Positions 10,106 through 20,038 of a stretch of DNA of 54,912 nucleotides are shown here, piece by piece (position 1 is the first letter of the stretch; the number at the start of each line of letters is the position of its first letter). The notes below the pieces were generated by a model. The model made no database searches and was not told the origin of the DNA. It saw only the letters and a list, made by a program, of their open reading frames with translations. The stretch covers positions 1-54,912 of the forward strand of contig JAPPOO010000072.1 in the NCBI GenBank assembly GCA_028817875.1. Direction: 5' to 3'. The position numbers and the translations under genes are program-made. This stretch comes from Alphaproteobacteria bacterium. GTDB taxonomy: Bacteria; Pseudomonadota; Alphaproteobacteria; UBA2136; JAPPOO01.

Positions 10106-10246
10106 CTATTTGGCAAGTGTTTGAACAAGCTGGAGTAACAGCCTCCGTTTGCGTTGGCTCAGGCCTAAATAAACATTTAGTAGGTCTACCAATCTACGAA
10201 AGTCACGCTCTGTTATTGGGGAAGATATTTTGCTTTTTTCGGTCAT
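10106..10246 (-). CDS. 46-aa sORF (MTEKSKISSPITERDFRRLVDLLNVYLGLSQRKRRLLLQLVQTLAK), below the ORF-track cutoff
   Basis: AAGGAG-N8-ATG. The ORF ends directly at a hairpin terminator. It sits about 20 nt downstream of an upstream terminator stem. Confidence 0.4.
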   Translation of the reverse strand: MTEKSKISSPITERDFRRLVDLLNVYLGLSQRKRRLLLQLVQTLAK

Positions 10247-10269
10247 GTTTTTGACTCCTTTTGTTATTT

Positions 10270-10508
10270 TTTAAACAAAACAGCCACTTACGCGAAGTGG
10301 CTGGGGAGTTTCTAACCGTTAACGATAACAGCGCAGCTTATTTCAGCTTTCACCGTTTTGTATTCGCTGCCTCCCCAACCAATAGTCAGTTCGGCAACGC
10401 TATTTTTATGGCCTGCGTTGCAGTGGCCGTTCGTTAAGAGGTTAGAAAGCCCCACACCTGTAACTCACAGATGCAGGAGGAGTTTAGCATAGTGAATACA
10501 GCTATGCC
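10270..10508 (-). ncRNA. Candidate structured RNA or cis-regulatory leader with intrinsic terminator (unclassified)
   Basis: A long-range helix pairs 10304-10325 with 10431-10453 (4+9+7 bp). Internal hairpins are present, for example at 10410-10428. A terminator CAGCCACTT-N5-AAGTGGCTG with a U-run lies at 10303-10270. No credible ORF lies inside. Confidence 0.4.
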
Positions 10509-10514
10509 TAAACT

Positions 10515-10543
10515 TTTATAAACCACAGGCTTATACTTGACAA
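10515..10543 (-). promoter_or_regulatory. Sigma70-like promoter TTGTCA-17-TATAAA driving the structured RNA
   Basis: Hexamers at 10543-10538 and 10520-15 on the minus strand. A plus-strand TTGACA at 10537-42 sits back-to-back with it, facing the yegD-like gene. Confidence 0.4.
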
Positions 10544-10598
10544 AACGCCCAAAAACATAAAAATTGAACGCCTTTTGACACGAAAGGATGCCTAAATT

Positions 10599-11873
10599 AT
10601 GCCCACGCTTACCCCCTTTTGCGGCCTCGACTTCGGTACGTCTAACTCCACCATCGGCACGTGGCAAAACAATGCCCCCACCCTTGCCTACGTAGAAAAT
10701 AGCCACCTCACCATCCCCAGTGCTATCTTTTTCGACTTTGAGACAGCTACACCTCACTTTGGCCGAACCGCCATAGCCCACTACTACAATGGTAAGGACG
10801 GACGACTGATGCGCGCCCTCAAAAGCGTGTTGGGCACGCCCCTCATGAAAGACAAAACATACATCGGCGCCAATAAAATACTCTTTACCGAGGTTTTGGG
10901 CACATTCATCAAGCACTTAAAAACCCAAGCGGAAAACTTCTCTCAGCAATCTATTGAGCACGTCGTACTTGGCCGCCCTGTGTTCTTTATCGATAACAAC
11001 CCAACTGCCGATAAGGAAGCGCAGAACACGCTGGAACAGGTTGCTAAAGAACAAGGTTTCAAACACATTGAATTTCAGTACGAGCCTGTTGCTGCTGCCT
11101 TGGATTATGAACAACATATCTCGGAAGAAAAACTGGCGCTCATTATTGACCTTGGTGGTGGAACATCGGATTTTTCTGTGATTCGTGTTTCTAAAAACGG
11201 ACATAACAAAGCAGACCGCTCGCAGGATATTCTCAGCAGCATTGGGATTCATATTGGTGGAACGGATTTTGACCGACTGTTCAGCCTTGCTGCCGCCATG
11301 CCCCATTTGGGTCATGGTTCTATGATGAAAGACGCCTTTGGCATTAAGGAGATAGAGGTGCCCAGCCCTATTTTTAGAGACTTGGCCACGTGGCAAAAAA
11401 TCAATTCGCTTTACACGCCTGAAACAATGCATACTGTTAAAAGTATTCAGCACACCGCCTATAAAAAGGATTTGCTCCAACGCTTACTCAACCTGTTGGA
11501 AAGGCAGGAAGGCCATAAACTGGCCGATGAAGTGGAACAGGCCAAAATAAACCTGACCGACACAATCGAAACCCACCTGAACATGGCCTTTATTGAAGAG
11601 CATCTAACCCCAACGGTAGCAAGAGAAACATTGAACAATGCCATTCAACAAAAAACAGAGCAGCTTGTAACAACTTGCAAGCAAGCCCTCACCTTGGCTA
11701 ATGTCACTGCGTCACAAGTCGATTCCATCTTTTTCACTGGCGGCTCTACAGCTATTCCTACCGTGCGCCAAGCCTTCCTGAATTTATTCCCCACGGCAGA
11801 AATTGTAGACGGTAACCGCTTTGGCAGCGTCGGCATTGGCTTAACATTAGAAGCACACCGTAAATTTGCTTGA
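10599..11873 (+). CDS. yegD: Hsp70-family ATPase, YegD-like (424 aa)
   Basis: Actin/Hsp70 phosphate motifs (GLDFGTSNS, IIDLGGGTSDFSV, FFTGGSTAIP) and the YegD-like segment FQYEPVAAALDYE. There is no substrate-binding domain. Confidence 0.75.
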   Translation: MPTLTPFCGLDFGTSNSTIGTWQNNAPTLAYVENSHLTIPSAIFFDFETATPHFGRTAIAHYYNGKDGRLMRALKSVLGTPLMKDKTYIGANKILFTEVLGTFIKHLKTQAENFSQQSIEHVVLGRPVFFIDNNPTADKEAQNTLEQVAKEQGFKHIEFQYEPVAAALDYEQHISEEKLALIIDLGGGTSDFSVIRVSKNGHNKADRSQDILSSIGIHIGGTDFDRLFSLAAAMPHLGHGSMMKDAFGIKEIEVPSPIFRDLATWQKINSLYTPETMHTVKSIQHTAYKKDLLQRLLNLLERQEGHKLADEVEQAKINLTDTIETHLNMAFIEEHLTPTVARETLNNAIQQKTEQLVTTCKQALTLANVTASQVDSIFFTGGSTAIPTVRQAFLNLFPTAEIVDGNRFGSVGIGLTLEAHRKFA

Positions 11874-11931
11874 TTACCCTCCCCAAAAACGACAGAAAGA
11901 GGAGAATAATCTCCTCCCTGCCTTTTATGCG

Positions 11932-12273
11932 TTATCGATACATTGATGGCCTGAAGCCATCCAGCCATAAAATGGCTAAAAATGATATGAGCAACATTAG
12001 GGCCATTGGCACAAATACTTCTGTTTTGAGCTCTATCAGACTAAATAAAATACCAGTATCCGATTGAATGCCATAAAAGAAGAATATTCCTAAGATCACC
12101 GGAATCATCAACGTTAGTAAACCATTAACGACAAGAGATAGCCAGAATAAACCTTTTTCTTCTATTCCAAAGTTTCGCCTCTTCAAAAGAGGATATTTAC
12201 GATGGAGAAGAACCCAGAAAGAACCTGCAAAAAGAGCCAATACCACATTTAGAATAACCAGTTTTATTAACAT
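11932..12273 (-). CDS. Small polytopic membrane protein, hypothetical (113 aa)
   Basis: GGAGGG-N6-ATG. Three hydrophobic helices. Confidence 0.5.
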   Translation of the reverse strand: MLIKLVILNVVLALFAGSFWVLLHRKYPLLKRRNFGIEEKGLFWLSLVVNGLLTLMIPVILGIFFFYGIQSDTGILFSLIELKTEVFVPMALMLLISFLAILWLDGFRPSMYR

Positions 12274-12431
12274 CTCATTCCCTCCTCGGAAGAAAGTTGA
12301 AACAGTTCAGATCAAATAGTTTTCCACAGTTTAACCTATTTTTATCAAAAAATCACTTTTTTATGACGAGATACCTTGACAAAAAATATAACAAGCGTAT
12401 TTTTAGTAATTTTTTCGAAAATTCGTAAAAA

Positions 12432-14849
12432 CTACTTCAAGGTTTTATGGGTCTTCACAGTAAAGTCATCCACCTGTACGGCAGCGTCTTTTGCCTTCTC
12501 TGCCGCGGCGATGGTTGTATGCTCGGCTTTGGTGATAACCTTAGCTTTTAAGGCTTTGTCAGCCATGCTGAGCACAGTACCTTTGCTGATTTTCTTGCTG
12601 CGCAACGCTTGGGTAAGTTTATCCCGCCCAGGTTGGGCAGCGATACTCTTCGCATAGGCATCTTCTAACAACCCTAGCCCTGGCTCGGCTTTGGTTGGCA
12701 CAAAAATATTTTGTGTTAAGTCATCCCGAACACCAGATGCAGGATTTAGCAACACCTTAGCCACGGCTTCCACTTGTTTTTCACTTGGCTTTTGCTGCCA
12801 GCGCCCAAATGGGAACACCATAAAACGGGCTTTAAGAGCCAGTAATTTATTCGGTAAGTTGCGCAGCACATCGTTCAAAGCATCTTCAATATGGTAAAGC
12901 GCCTCTTGCAGACACCAATCTACCAGTGGCTGATGCTTGGCAGGGTATCCGTCATCATGCGCTTGCTTCAATGTGGCGGAAGCCAAGTACAACCACGCAA
13001 AGGCATCAGCGTATTGGCCGCTTAGGTATTCTTTCCGCTTCAAGGCGCCACCTAAAGTGGCTAAGCCGATATCCGCCATAAACGCAAGCGCAGCAGAGTA
13101 ACGCGATAGCTGGCGGTAGTACCGTGCATAGTGGCCAGACACAGGAGTTTTAGCCATATAGCCGTTTGTAAGGCCTAAAATAAATGCTCTTACGCCATTG
13201 CTAAACACATGGTTAATGTGGCCAAAAAACGCTTTATCAAACGCTTTTATATCGTTCTTTTGGATGGCGTTTACTTCATCCTGCAAGTACGGATGACACC
13301 GCATAGCCCCTTGACCAAACACAATGAGAGAGCGCGTTAAAATATTGGCTCCTTCAACAGTAATGCCGATAGGAATACCCATATATGGGCGGCTAAATAT
13401 ATTGCTTGGCCCACGGCAAATGGCAGAGCCTGCCAATACATCCATCCCATCGTTAATGGCAAGGCGCATGCCTTCCGTAAGGTAGGCTTTAGCAATGGCA
13501 GAAGCCACAGATGGGTGCTCACCTGCATCAACAGCCCCACAGGTAAAGCGGCGTGTTGCGTTCATCCAATAGGTATTTCCAGCAGTACGCACCAAACGCT
13601 CCCGCACACCTTCAAAACGCCCGATATTTAAACCAAATTGCTCCCGCACAAGGGCATAGCCACTGGCAGCACGGATTGAAAACTCAGCCGCACCAACGGA
13701 AAGAGACGGTAGGGAAATTCCCCGCCCTGCGGATAAACACTCCATCAACATTTTCCAACCGTTACCAATCTGTTTTTCGCCGCCAATAATCACATCTAAC
13801 GGTACAAAAACATCTTTCCCACGCACAGGGCCATTTTGGAACGGCACGCCCATTGGGTCGTGTCGGTTACCGATTTCCAAGCCCTTGGTATCTCTTGGCA
13901 GCAGCGCACAAGTAATACCTAAATCTTCCTTTTTACCCAATAGCTGGTCAGGGTCATACAGGCGAAACGCCAAACCCACCACCGTTGCTACAGGTGCCAA
14001 CGTGATGTAACGCTTGTTGAAGGTCAACTTCATGCCAATCACATCTTTGCCGTCTACCTTCTGCTTGCAGATAACACCAAAACTTTGGCCGCTAGCGGCA
14101 TCACTCCCTGCGTGAGGTTCCGTCAAGGCAAAACACGGTAATTCCCGTCCATCGGCCAAGCGAGGCAGGTAGTGTTTTTTCTGTTCTTTTGTCCCATAAC
14201 GCAGCAGTAACTCACCCGGCCCGAGGGAATTAGGCACCATCACAGTAACGGCTGCCGTTAAGCTTACGCTGGAGATTTTTGTGACCACCGCGCTGTGAGC
14301 CGCAGCAGAAAAGCCAAGTCCACCGTCTTTCTTCGGAATAATCATCCCGAAGAATTTTTGATCCTTCATAAACTTCCAAACTTTTGGCGGTAGGTCTCGG
14401 TCTTGAGCAATTTTGAAATCATCAATCATGCTACAAAGCTCTTCTACAGGACCATCCAGAAAAGCCTGCTCTTCTTTTGTTAATTTTTTAACTTTGAAGT
14501 TAAGCATCTTGTTCCAGTCAGGGTTTCCGCGGAACAAGTCCCCTTCCCACCAAACACTTCCTGCTTCTAGAGCAATGCGTTCTGTTTCCCCAATTGTTGG
14601 CAACGCTTTGGCTGCTAATTTAAGAGCAATGCGAGAAACGAAGAATTGACGAATAGGCGGTACACCAAAAATAACCAGCACACTGATAAGAACATAAGTA
14701 ACCGACCGAAATGTCTCAATCGGCACACCTGTTGTTCGCCATGCTAATATGCCAAACAAAATAAGGGCGCAGAGGGCTAAAAACCCTTTTCGGAGGTATA
14801 ACAGCGTTATAAAGCTTAGTATTGCCAGCAGTATCAATTGTAGTGTCAT
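12432..14849 (-). CDS. fadE: Large acyl-CoA dehydrogenase, FadE type (805 aa)
   Basis: N-terminal TM helices, an ACAD core and a long C-terminal extension, in the layout of E. coli FadE. GGAGGG RBS. Last gene of the fad operon. Confidence 0.9.
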   Translation of the reverse strand: MTLQLILLAILSFITLLYLRKGFLALCALILFGILAWRTTGVPIETFRSVTYVLISVLVIFGVPPIRQFFVSRIALKLAAKALPTIGETERIALEAGSVWWEGDLFRGNPDWNKMLNFKVKKLTKEEQAFLDGPVEELCSMIDDFKIAQDRDLPPKVWKFMKDQKFFGMIIPKKDGGLGFSAAAHSAVVTKISSVSLTAAVTVMVPNSLGPGELLLRYGTKEQKKHYLPRLADGRELPCFALTEPHAGSDAASGQSFGVICKQKVDGKDVIGMKLTFNKRYITLAPVATVVGLAFRLYDPDQLLGKKEDLGITCALLPRDTKGLEIGNRHDPMGVPFQNGPVRGKDVFVPLDVIIGGEKQIGNGWKMLMECLSAGRGISLPSLSVGAAEFSIRAASGYALVREQFGLNIGRFEGVRERLVRTAGNTYWMNATRRFTCGAVDAGEHPSVASAIAKAYLTEGMRLAINDGMDVLAGSAICRGPSNIFSRPYMGIPIGITVEGANILTRSLIVFGQGAMRCHPYLQDEVNAIQKNDIKAFDKAFFGHINHVFSNGVRAFILGLTNGYMAKTPVSGHYARYYRQLSRYSAALAFMADIGLATLGGALKRKEYLSGQYADAFAWLYLASATLKQAHDDGYPAKHQPLVDWCLQEALYHIEDALNDVLRNLPNKLLALKARFMVFPFGRWQQKPSEKQVEAVAKVLLNPASGVRDDLTQNIFVPTKAEPGLGLLEDAYAKSIAAQPGRDKLTQALRSKKISKGTVLSMADKALKAKVITKAEHTTIAAAEKAKDAAVQVDDFTVKTHKTLK

Positions 14850-14876
14850 TATTCGTCCCTCCTTTATAAGTGGCCG

Positions 14877-17195
14877 TTAGTTACGCAATGGCTTCCCTTT
14901 GCGCAACATGTGGAGAACCCTATCTCTCGTCCCTTGCGTTTTACATAAGCGGATAAATGCTTTCCGCTCCAATTTTAAAAGCTCTTCTTCCGTACAAACT
15001 TCGGTCACGTCGGTTTTGCCCCCTGCCAACACGTGTGCCAATTGCTTGGCAATCACAACATCATGCGGCGTTGCAACTCCTTTTAGTTTGAAGTCATTAA
15101 CAGCTAATCTTAAAGCTGTTTCTCCACTTGCCCCCGGCAATACCACGTCCTGCGGTTCAGGTGGATTATACCCCTTGGCAAGGCTTAACGCTTTAGCCTT
15201 AGCCGCTGCTAAAATACGGTCTCTGTTCATCACAATGTCATCATCAGGACGTACAAATAGTAGCGATTTTGCCTCCTGAGCAGATTTTGAAACCTGCGCT
15301 GTCGCAATTGTTTGGAAAGCATGGGCAACTGCTGGCATAGGCCCTTTCGCTTTTAAGAAAGTAGCACCCCGTTGCAGCATTTCCTTACAACCGCCCCAAC
15401 CGGGGATAATCCCAACACCTGCTTCAACCAAACCAGTGTATGTTTCAGCATGAGGGGTTAAGGCGTCACAGTGCAACAAAACTTCGCACCCACCGCCCAG
15501 TGCCATGCCTGATGGTGCTCCGACAACAGGAATAGGTGCGTATTTTAGTTCTTTAAACGCACCCTGCCCGTCTTTCAAAATCCAACGGATGAATGGAAAC
15601 AGCCGCAATTTAGCTGTAATCAACAACATCACAATATTAGCGCCGACTGAGAAATTTGTGCCTTCATTATGAATCACCAGCCCTTTGTAGCCTTGCTTTG
15701 GTAGTTCTCTGGCAACCCACCGAACGGCCCGCAACGTAAACAAGTTAAGGCTATTCATTTTGCTGTGGAATTCCAAGCAAGCTACTTTATTGCCAATATC
15801 CCAAACACTGGCGGAATTATTACGGTAAATAGGTTTGGAGGCGCGCTTAATATCCTGCAATAACAATACACCTTTAGGCCGTTTAACCAGTTTGTATTTA
15901 CCTTTAACGTCCAACTGTTGCAGCTTACCATCCTTCACACGGTAGAATGGTTGGCCATTTGCGGCCTTCAAAATTTCAGGAACATCGCACCCATCCGCTG
16001 CGATTTTTTCAGCAAACCACGCTGTGCCAAGCTTATCAATCAATTCAAAGGGGCCGAACTTCCAGTTGAAGCCCAACCGCATGGCACGGTCAATTGTTTC
16101 AATATCATCCGCAATTTCACCAACCAAACTGGCTGCATAGCTTAAAGTGCCAGAAAGAACGCTCCACGCGTACCGCCCTTCAGGGCTATCATGCGTCACT
16201 AAAGCCCGTAGCCCGCCTTTTTTAGCTGCCTTAGCCGCAGCAATTTTAGGACGTTTCGCAAGGCCGTACGTCTGCGTTTCAAGGTCAACAACCTCTTTTT
16301 TCCGTTGGTCATTCAAGCGGTAAAAACCACCTTTACCTTTGCGGCCTGTGTAGCCGTCCGCAATCATTTTCTCTAAAAATGCAGGAGGTTGGCCAATGTT
16401 ATTAAAGGCATCGTCTTCATCCAACGCATTCATTAAACTGCTTAAAACATGGGGCATTAAATCCAACCCCACTAAGTCCAACAGGCCGAAAATACCTGTT
16501 TTTGGCACACCTATCGGGCGGCTCATCACTGCATCTGCCGCTTCTACTGAAATATTTTGCTGAATCGCTTCTGTCACAGCTTTATGCATCCAATACGTAC
16601 CAATACGGTTGGCAATAAAACCGGGGCGGTCAGCGCACACAACAACGCTTTTACCCAGTTGATAATCAGCAAAATCGCTAACTCTTTCTACCAATTCTGG
16701 CTTTGTATCCGGCCCCGTCACAACTTCTAGCAACCGCAGGTAACGTGGCGGGTTAAAAAAGTGCGTAATACAAAAACGTTCTTTAAATTTTTGGGGCATC
16801 CCTTTTGTTAGTTCAGCCAAAGGAATGGTTGACGTATTAGACGACACTACGGCATCAGCCTTCAGGTATTTACTCAGCTTTTTGTATAAATTTTGCTTGA
16901 TATCCAACCGCTCAATAACAACTTCCACCACCCAATCGCAATCGGCAATGTCTTTCAGGTTGTCTTCAATATTCCCTACGGCTATACGTTTAGCATTGGA
17001 AGGGTGCATCAACGGTGCAGGGTTTGTTTTTTTCAGTTTTTGAACCGCCGTTTTCGCCACGACATCACGGTCTTTTGCTTTTTCTGGCACAATATCCAAC
17101 AGCAGTACATCAACGCCTGCATTTGCAACCTGAGCCGCAATGCCGGCCCCCATAACACCTGCGCCTATAACCGCAACTTTTTGAATATCAGCCAT
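14877..17195 (-). CDS. Bifunctional 3-hydroxyacyl-CoA dehydrogenase / enoyl-CoA hydratase, FadN-type domain order (772 aa)
   Basis: N-terminal Rossmann motif VAVIGAGVMGAGIA. C-terminal crotonase fold (ALGGGCEVLLHCD). The ATG overlaps the thiolase stop as TAATG. Confidence 0.9.
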   Translation of the reverse strand: MADIQKVAVIGAGVMGAGIAAQVANAGVDVLLLDIVPEKAKDRDVVAKTAVQKLKKTNPAPLMHPSNAKRIAVGNIEDNLKDIADCDWVVEVVIERLDIKQNLYKKLSKYLKADAVVSSNTSTIPLAELTKGMPQKFKERFCITHFFNPPRYLRLLEVVTGPDTKPELVERVSDFADYQLGKSVVVCADRPGFIANRIGTYWMHKAVTEAIQQNISVEAADAVMSRPIGVPKTGIFGLLDLVGLDLMPHVLSSLMNALDEDDAFNNIGQPPAFLEKMIADGYTGRKGKGGFYRLNDQRKKEVVDLETQTYGLAKRPKIAAAKAAKKGGLRALVTHDSPEGRYAWSVLSGTLSYAASLVGEIADDIETIDRAMRLGFNWKFGPFELIDKLGTAWFAEKIAADGCDVPEILKAANGQPFYRVKDGKLQQLDVKGKYKLVKRPKGVLLLQDIKRASKPIYRNNSASVWDIGNKVACLEFHSKMNSLNLFTLRAVRWVARELPKQGYKGLVIHNEGTNFSVGANIVMLLITAKLRLFPFIRWILKDGQGAFKELKYAPIPVVGAPSGMALGGGCEVLLHCDALTPHAETYTGLVEAGVGIIPGWGGCKEMLQRGATFLKAKGPMPAVAHAFQTIATAQVSKSAQEAKSLLFVRPDDDIVMNRDRILAAAKAKALSLAKGYNPPEPQDVVLPGASGETALRLAVNDFKLKGVATPHDVVIAKQLAHVLAGGKTDVTEVCTEEELLKLERKAFIRLCKTQGTRDRVLHMLRKGKPLRN

Positions 17196-18331
17196 TAGAT
17201 ACGCTCCAGAATTGTCGCAATCCCCTGCCCGCCGCCAATACATTGGGTTGCAAGGGCGTACTGCCCTTTGCTCTGTTGAAGCAACTGCGCGGCTTTACCT
17301 GTAATACGTGCGCCCGTCGCCCCTAATGGATGCCCCAAAGCAATGGCACCGCCGTCTAGGTTGATTTTATCCATATCTAGTTTTAAATCTCGAATAACCG
17401 CTAGAGATTGAGAAGCAAAGGCTTCATTCAGCTCAATCACGTCTAAATCTGAAGCTTTCAGCCCTGCACGCTTCAGTGCTTTCTTTGTCGCTCCCACAGG
17501 GCCAATACCCATAATTTCAGGCGCACAACCCGAAACAGCGAAGGACTTAATACGCGCCAGCATCGGCAACTTATTCTTTTTAGCGTACTCTTCACTTGTT
17601 ACTAATACGGCAACTGCCCCATCCGTTAATGGAGAAGCTGTCCCCGCTGTAACCGTTCCTTTTGCATCAAAAGCTGGTTTAAGGTCACCTAAAGCGGTGC
17701 TATCTGTATCTGGCCGTGGGCAACCATCTACCTTCACAGTCCCTGTTTTTGTTTTAATCGGCGTAATTTCATCTTTAAAGCGGTCCGCTTTTATCGCTGC
17801 CGCTGCTTTTTGTTGGCTTAACACAGCAAAAGCATCTTGCTCCTCACGAGTTAGCTTGTATTTTTTAGCAACGTTCTCTGCTGTTTCGCCCATGCTCATG
17901 TAAGCAGCCGACATCTTTTTGTATAAATCAGGGTTAGGTAGTGGGTTATAACCACCCATCGGCACCCGCGTCATTGTTTCTACCCCCGCGCAAATAAAGG
18001 CATCACCCGCGCCCATCTGGATAGCACCTGCCGCCATATGAATACTCTGCATGGAAGACCCACAAAAGCGATTAACCGTTGCCCCTGCAACAGTCAGCGG
18101 CAGCCCTGCCATTAACGCCACCAAACGCGCCATATTGAAACCTTGTTCACCTTCAGGAAAAGCACACCCTAAAATCAAATCTTCTACATCAGCAGGCTTT
18201 ACTTTTGTTTGTTTAATCAGAGCCTGAACAACTTGTGACGCCATGTCATCAGCCCGCACTTTTGCAAGTTCACCTTTATGAGCAGGACAAAACGGGGAAC
18301 GGATATACCCTGCAATCACAACTGGTTTCAT
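17195..18331 (-). CDS. fadA: Acetyl-CoA C-acyltransferase (3-ketoacyl-CoA thiolase)
   Basis: Thiolase motifs are present (NRFCGSSMQ, NLDGGAIALGHPLGATG, CIGGGQG). The ATG at 18331 has AGGAG-N8. Confidence 0.9.
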   Translation of the reverse strand: MKPVVIAGYIRSPFCPAHKGELAKVRADDMASQVVQALIKQTKVKPADVEDLILGCAFPEGEQGFNMARLVALMAGLPLTVAGATVNRFCGSSMQSIHMAAGAIQMGAGDAFICAGVETMTRVPMGGYNPLPNPDLYKKMSAAYMSMGETAENVAKKYKLTREEQDAFAVLSQQKAAAAIKADRFKDEITPIKTKTGTVKVDGCPRPDTDSTALGDLKPAFDAKGTVTAGTASPLTDGAVAVLVTSEEYAKKNKLPMLARIKSFAVSGCAPEIMGIGPVGATKKALKRAGLKASDLDVIELNEAFASQSLAVIRDLKLDMDKINLDGGAIALGHPLGATGARITGKAAQLLQQSKGQYALATQCIGGGQGIATILERI

Positions 18332-18346
18332 ACGCATGTCTCCTTA

Positions 18347-20038
18347 TTATTTGTGCGCATTCTGCGCTTTAGTGGCTTCTTCCGCCAGTAATTCCTTCTT
18401 AGAAAGCTTACCTATGAGCGTTTTTGGCAACGTTTTTCTAAACTCTACAACAGCAGGACGCTCTATAGGGTTTAAATGTTTCTTAACAAAAGCAAGTAAC
18501 TCCTGCTCTGTCACAGCATCTTCGCTTTCTTTCAATGTTACAAAAGCTTTTGGCACCTCTCCCTTATGAGCATCGTCAATACCGATGACCACAACCTCTG
18601 ACACGCTTGGGTGTTTATAAAACGCTTCTTCTATAATACGCGGATAAACGTTATAACCGTTTGTAATAATAATCTCTTTCAGGCGGTCCGTTAAAAATGT
18701 ATAGCCGTCTTCATCCATATACCCCACGTCCCCTGTACGTAGCCAGCCATCAACCAATACATGGGCGGTTTCTTCAGGTTTTTGCCAATACCCAAGCATG
18801 ACTTGAGGCCCTTTAATCACAATTTCTCCACGTTCCCCAAGAGGTACTTCTTTTGTCACATCATCCAAATCTCTAATTTCTATAGCTGTTCCGGGTAATG
18901 GTATGCCAATAGAGCCTACCTTACCCAAAGTATGGCAAGGGTTGCACGCCGCTACGGGTGAAGACTCCGTCAACCCGTAGCCTTCCACCAGTGCGCACCC
19001 TGTGCGCTCTACAAATGCTTTTTGTACGGCTTCAGGCAAGGCTGCTCCACCTGAAATACAATAACGAATAGAAGATAGATTATAACGTCCAACGCTTTCA
19101 TCATTATTAATAGCGGCAAAGAGTGTAGGAACCCCCGGAAAAATGGTTGGCCTAAGTTTATGGATTGTTTTTAAAACCGTTTTAAGGTCAAACCGTGGAA
19201 TCAGAATAATCTCACTTCCTGTAATCAAACCAAGGTTCATCACGGCTGTCATAGCAAAAACATGGAAAAACGGTAAAACCGCTAAAAATTTATCTCCCTC
19301 TGGTGGTGTTTCCCCCAGCCACAAGCGCACTTGTTCGGCATTGGCCATTACATTCGCATGGGTCAGAACTGCCCCCTTGGGTACTCCCGTTGTACCACCC
19401 GTATATTGTAAGACAGCAATGTCTTTTTGAGGATCTATGGAAATAGGAGTAACAGGCTTTTCCTCTGCTAGCATATCTGAAAAACGGACGCGCCTGTTAT
19501 CAAACGCAACCTTCGCAAGCTGGCTACGCTTAAATAAGTTTAACAAAATACCTTTAAACGTTGGCAAGGCTTCCGCTAAATCACACACAATAATCTGGCG
19601 GATATCTGTTTTCTCTAGCAAAGCTTCAACTTTAGGATATACGCTTTGAACATTCAGCGTCACCATCACGCTCACGCCGCTATCCTTCGCCTGAAACAGT
19701 AGCTCTTCCTCGGTATAAAGCGGATTAAAATTAACAACGGTTAACCCAGCCTTAAGCGCCCCAAAGTAAGCTACAATAAAATACGGACAATTTGGCAAAC
19801 ATATGCCCAGCCGTTCGCCTTTTTGAAAACCTTGCTGCTGGAGAGCTGCCGCAAAACGGTCTATCTGCTCCTGAACCTCAGCATAGGTTTGTTTTTTACC
19901 CAAAAAGTTTAAACACGGGCGGTTAGGAAAGCTCTGCGCGCTGTCTTCAAATAATTGGTAAGCAGGTCTGTTTTTTATTGCTAGTTCAATAGGAACATCA
20001 GGCGGATAAGCATCTAACCATCTTTTTGTCTCAGTCAT
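18347..20038 (-). CDS. fadD: Long-chain-fatty-acid--CoA ligase
   Basis: AMP-binding motifs are present (YTGGTTGVPKGA, GYGLTE, TGDVG). The ATG at 20038 overlaps the upstream stop as ATGACTGA. Confidence 0.9.
   Translation of the reverse strand: MTETKRWLDAYPPDVPIELAIKNRPAYQLFEDSAQSFPNRPCLNFLGKKQTYAEVQEQIDRFAAALQQQGFQKGERLGICLPNCPYFIVAYFGALKAGLTVVNFNPLYTEEELLFQAKDSGVSVMVTLNVQSVYPKVEALLEKTDIRQIIVCDLAEALPTFKGILLNLFKRSQLAKVAFDNRRVRFSDMLAEEKPVTPISIDPQKDIAVLQYTGGTTGVPKGAVLTHANVMANAEQVRLWLGETPPEGDKFLAVLPFFHVFAMTAVMNLGLITGSEIILIPRFDLKTVLKTIHKLRPTIFPGVPTLFAAINNDESVGRYNLSSIRYCISGGAALPEAVQKAFVERTGCALVEGYGLTESSPVAACNPCHTLGKVGSIGIPLPGTAIEIRDLDDVTKEVPLGERGEIVIKGPQVMLGYWQKPEETAHVLVDGWLRTGDVGYMDEDGYTFLTDRLKEIIITNGYNVYPRIIEEAFYKHPSVSEVVVIGIDDAHKGEVPKAFVTLKESEDAVTEQELLAFVKKHLNPIERPAVVEFRKTLPKTLIGKLSKKELLAEEATKAQNAHK

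Noticed and set aside
10421-10427. GCCACTG (minus strand), identical to the core of the cobalamin-riboswitch B12 box
   Set aside because: The other conserved cobalamin elements are absent or in the wrong order. A single 7-mer is expected by chance.
10318-10437. Plus-strand reading frame beginning V-N-D-N-S-A-A, reminiscent of tmRNA tag peptides (ANDN...)
   Set aside because: There is no resume Ala codon. The frame runs 39 codons and does not end in the usual ...AA plus stop. No tRNA-like acceptor or T-arm is present. The adjacent terminator is on the opposite strand.
10434-11968. ORFs of 160, 187, 61 and 107 aa on the minus strand opposite the yegD-like gene
   Set aside because: They are shadow ORFs antisense to a well-supported Hsp70-family gene. 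They have no RBS and low-complexity, unrecognisable products.
12375-12657. Plus-strand TTGACA-N16-TATTTT promoter-like site and a 93-aa ORF
   Set aside because: The ORF is antisense to the fadE 3' end and its product is unrecognisable. The promoter-like hexamers lie in an A/T-rich spacer and could occur by chance. An antisense RNA cannot be excluded, but there is no support for one.
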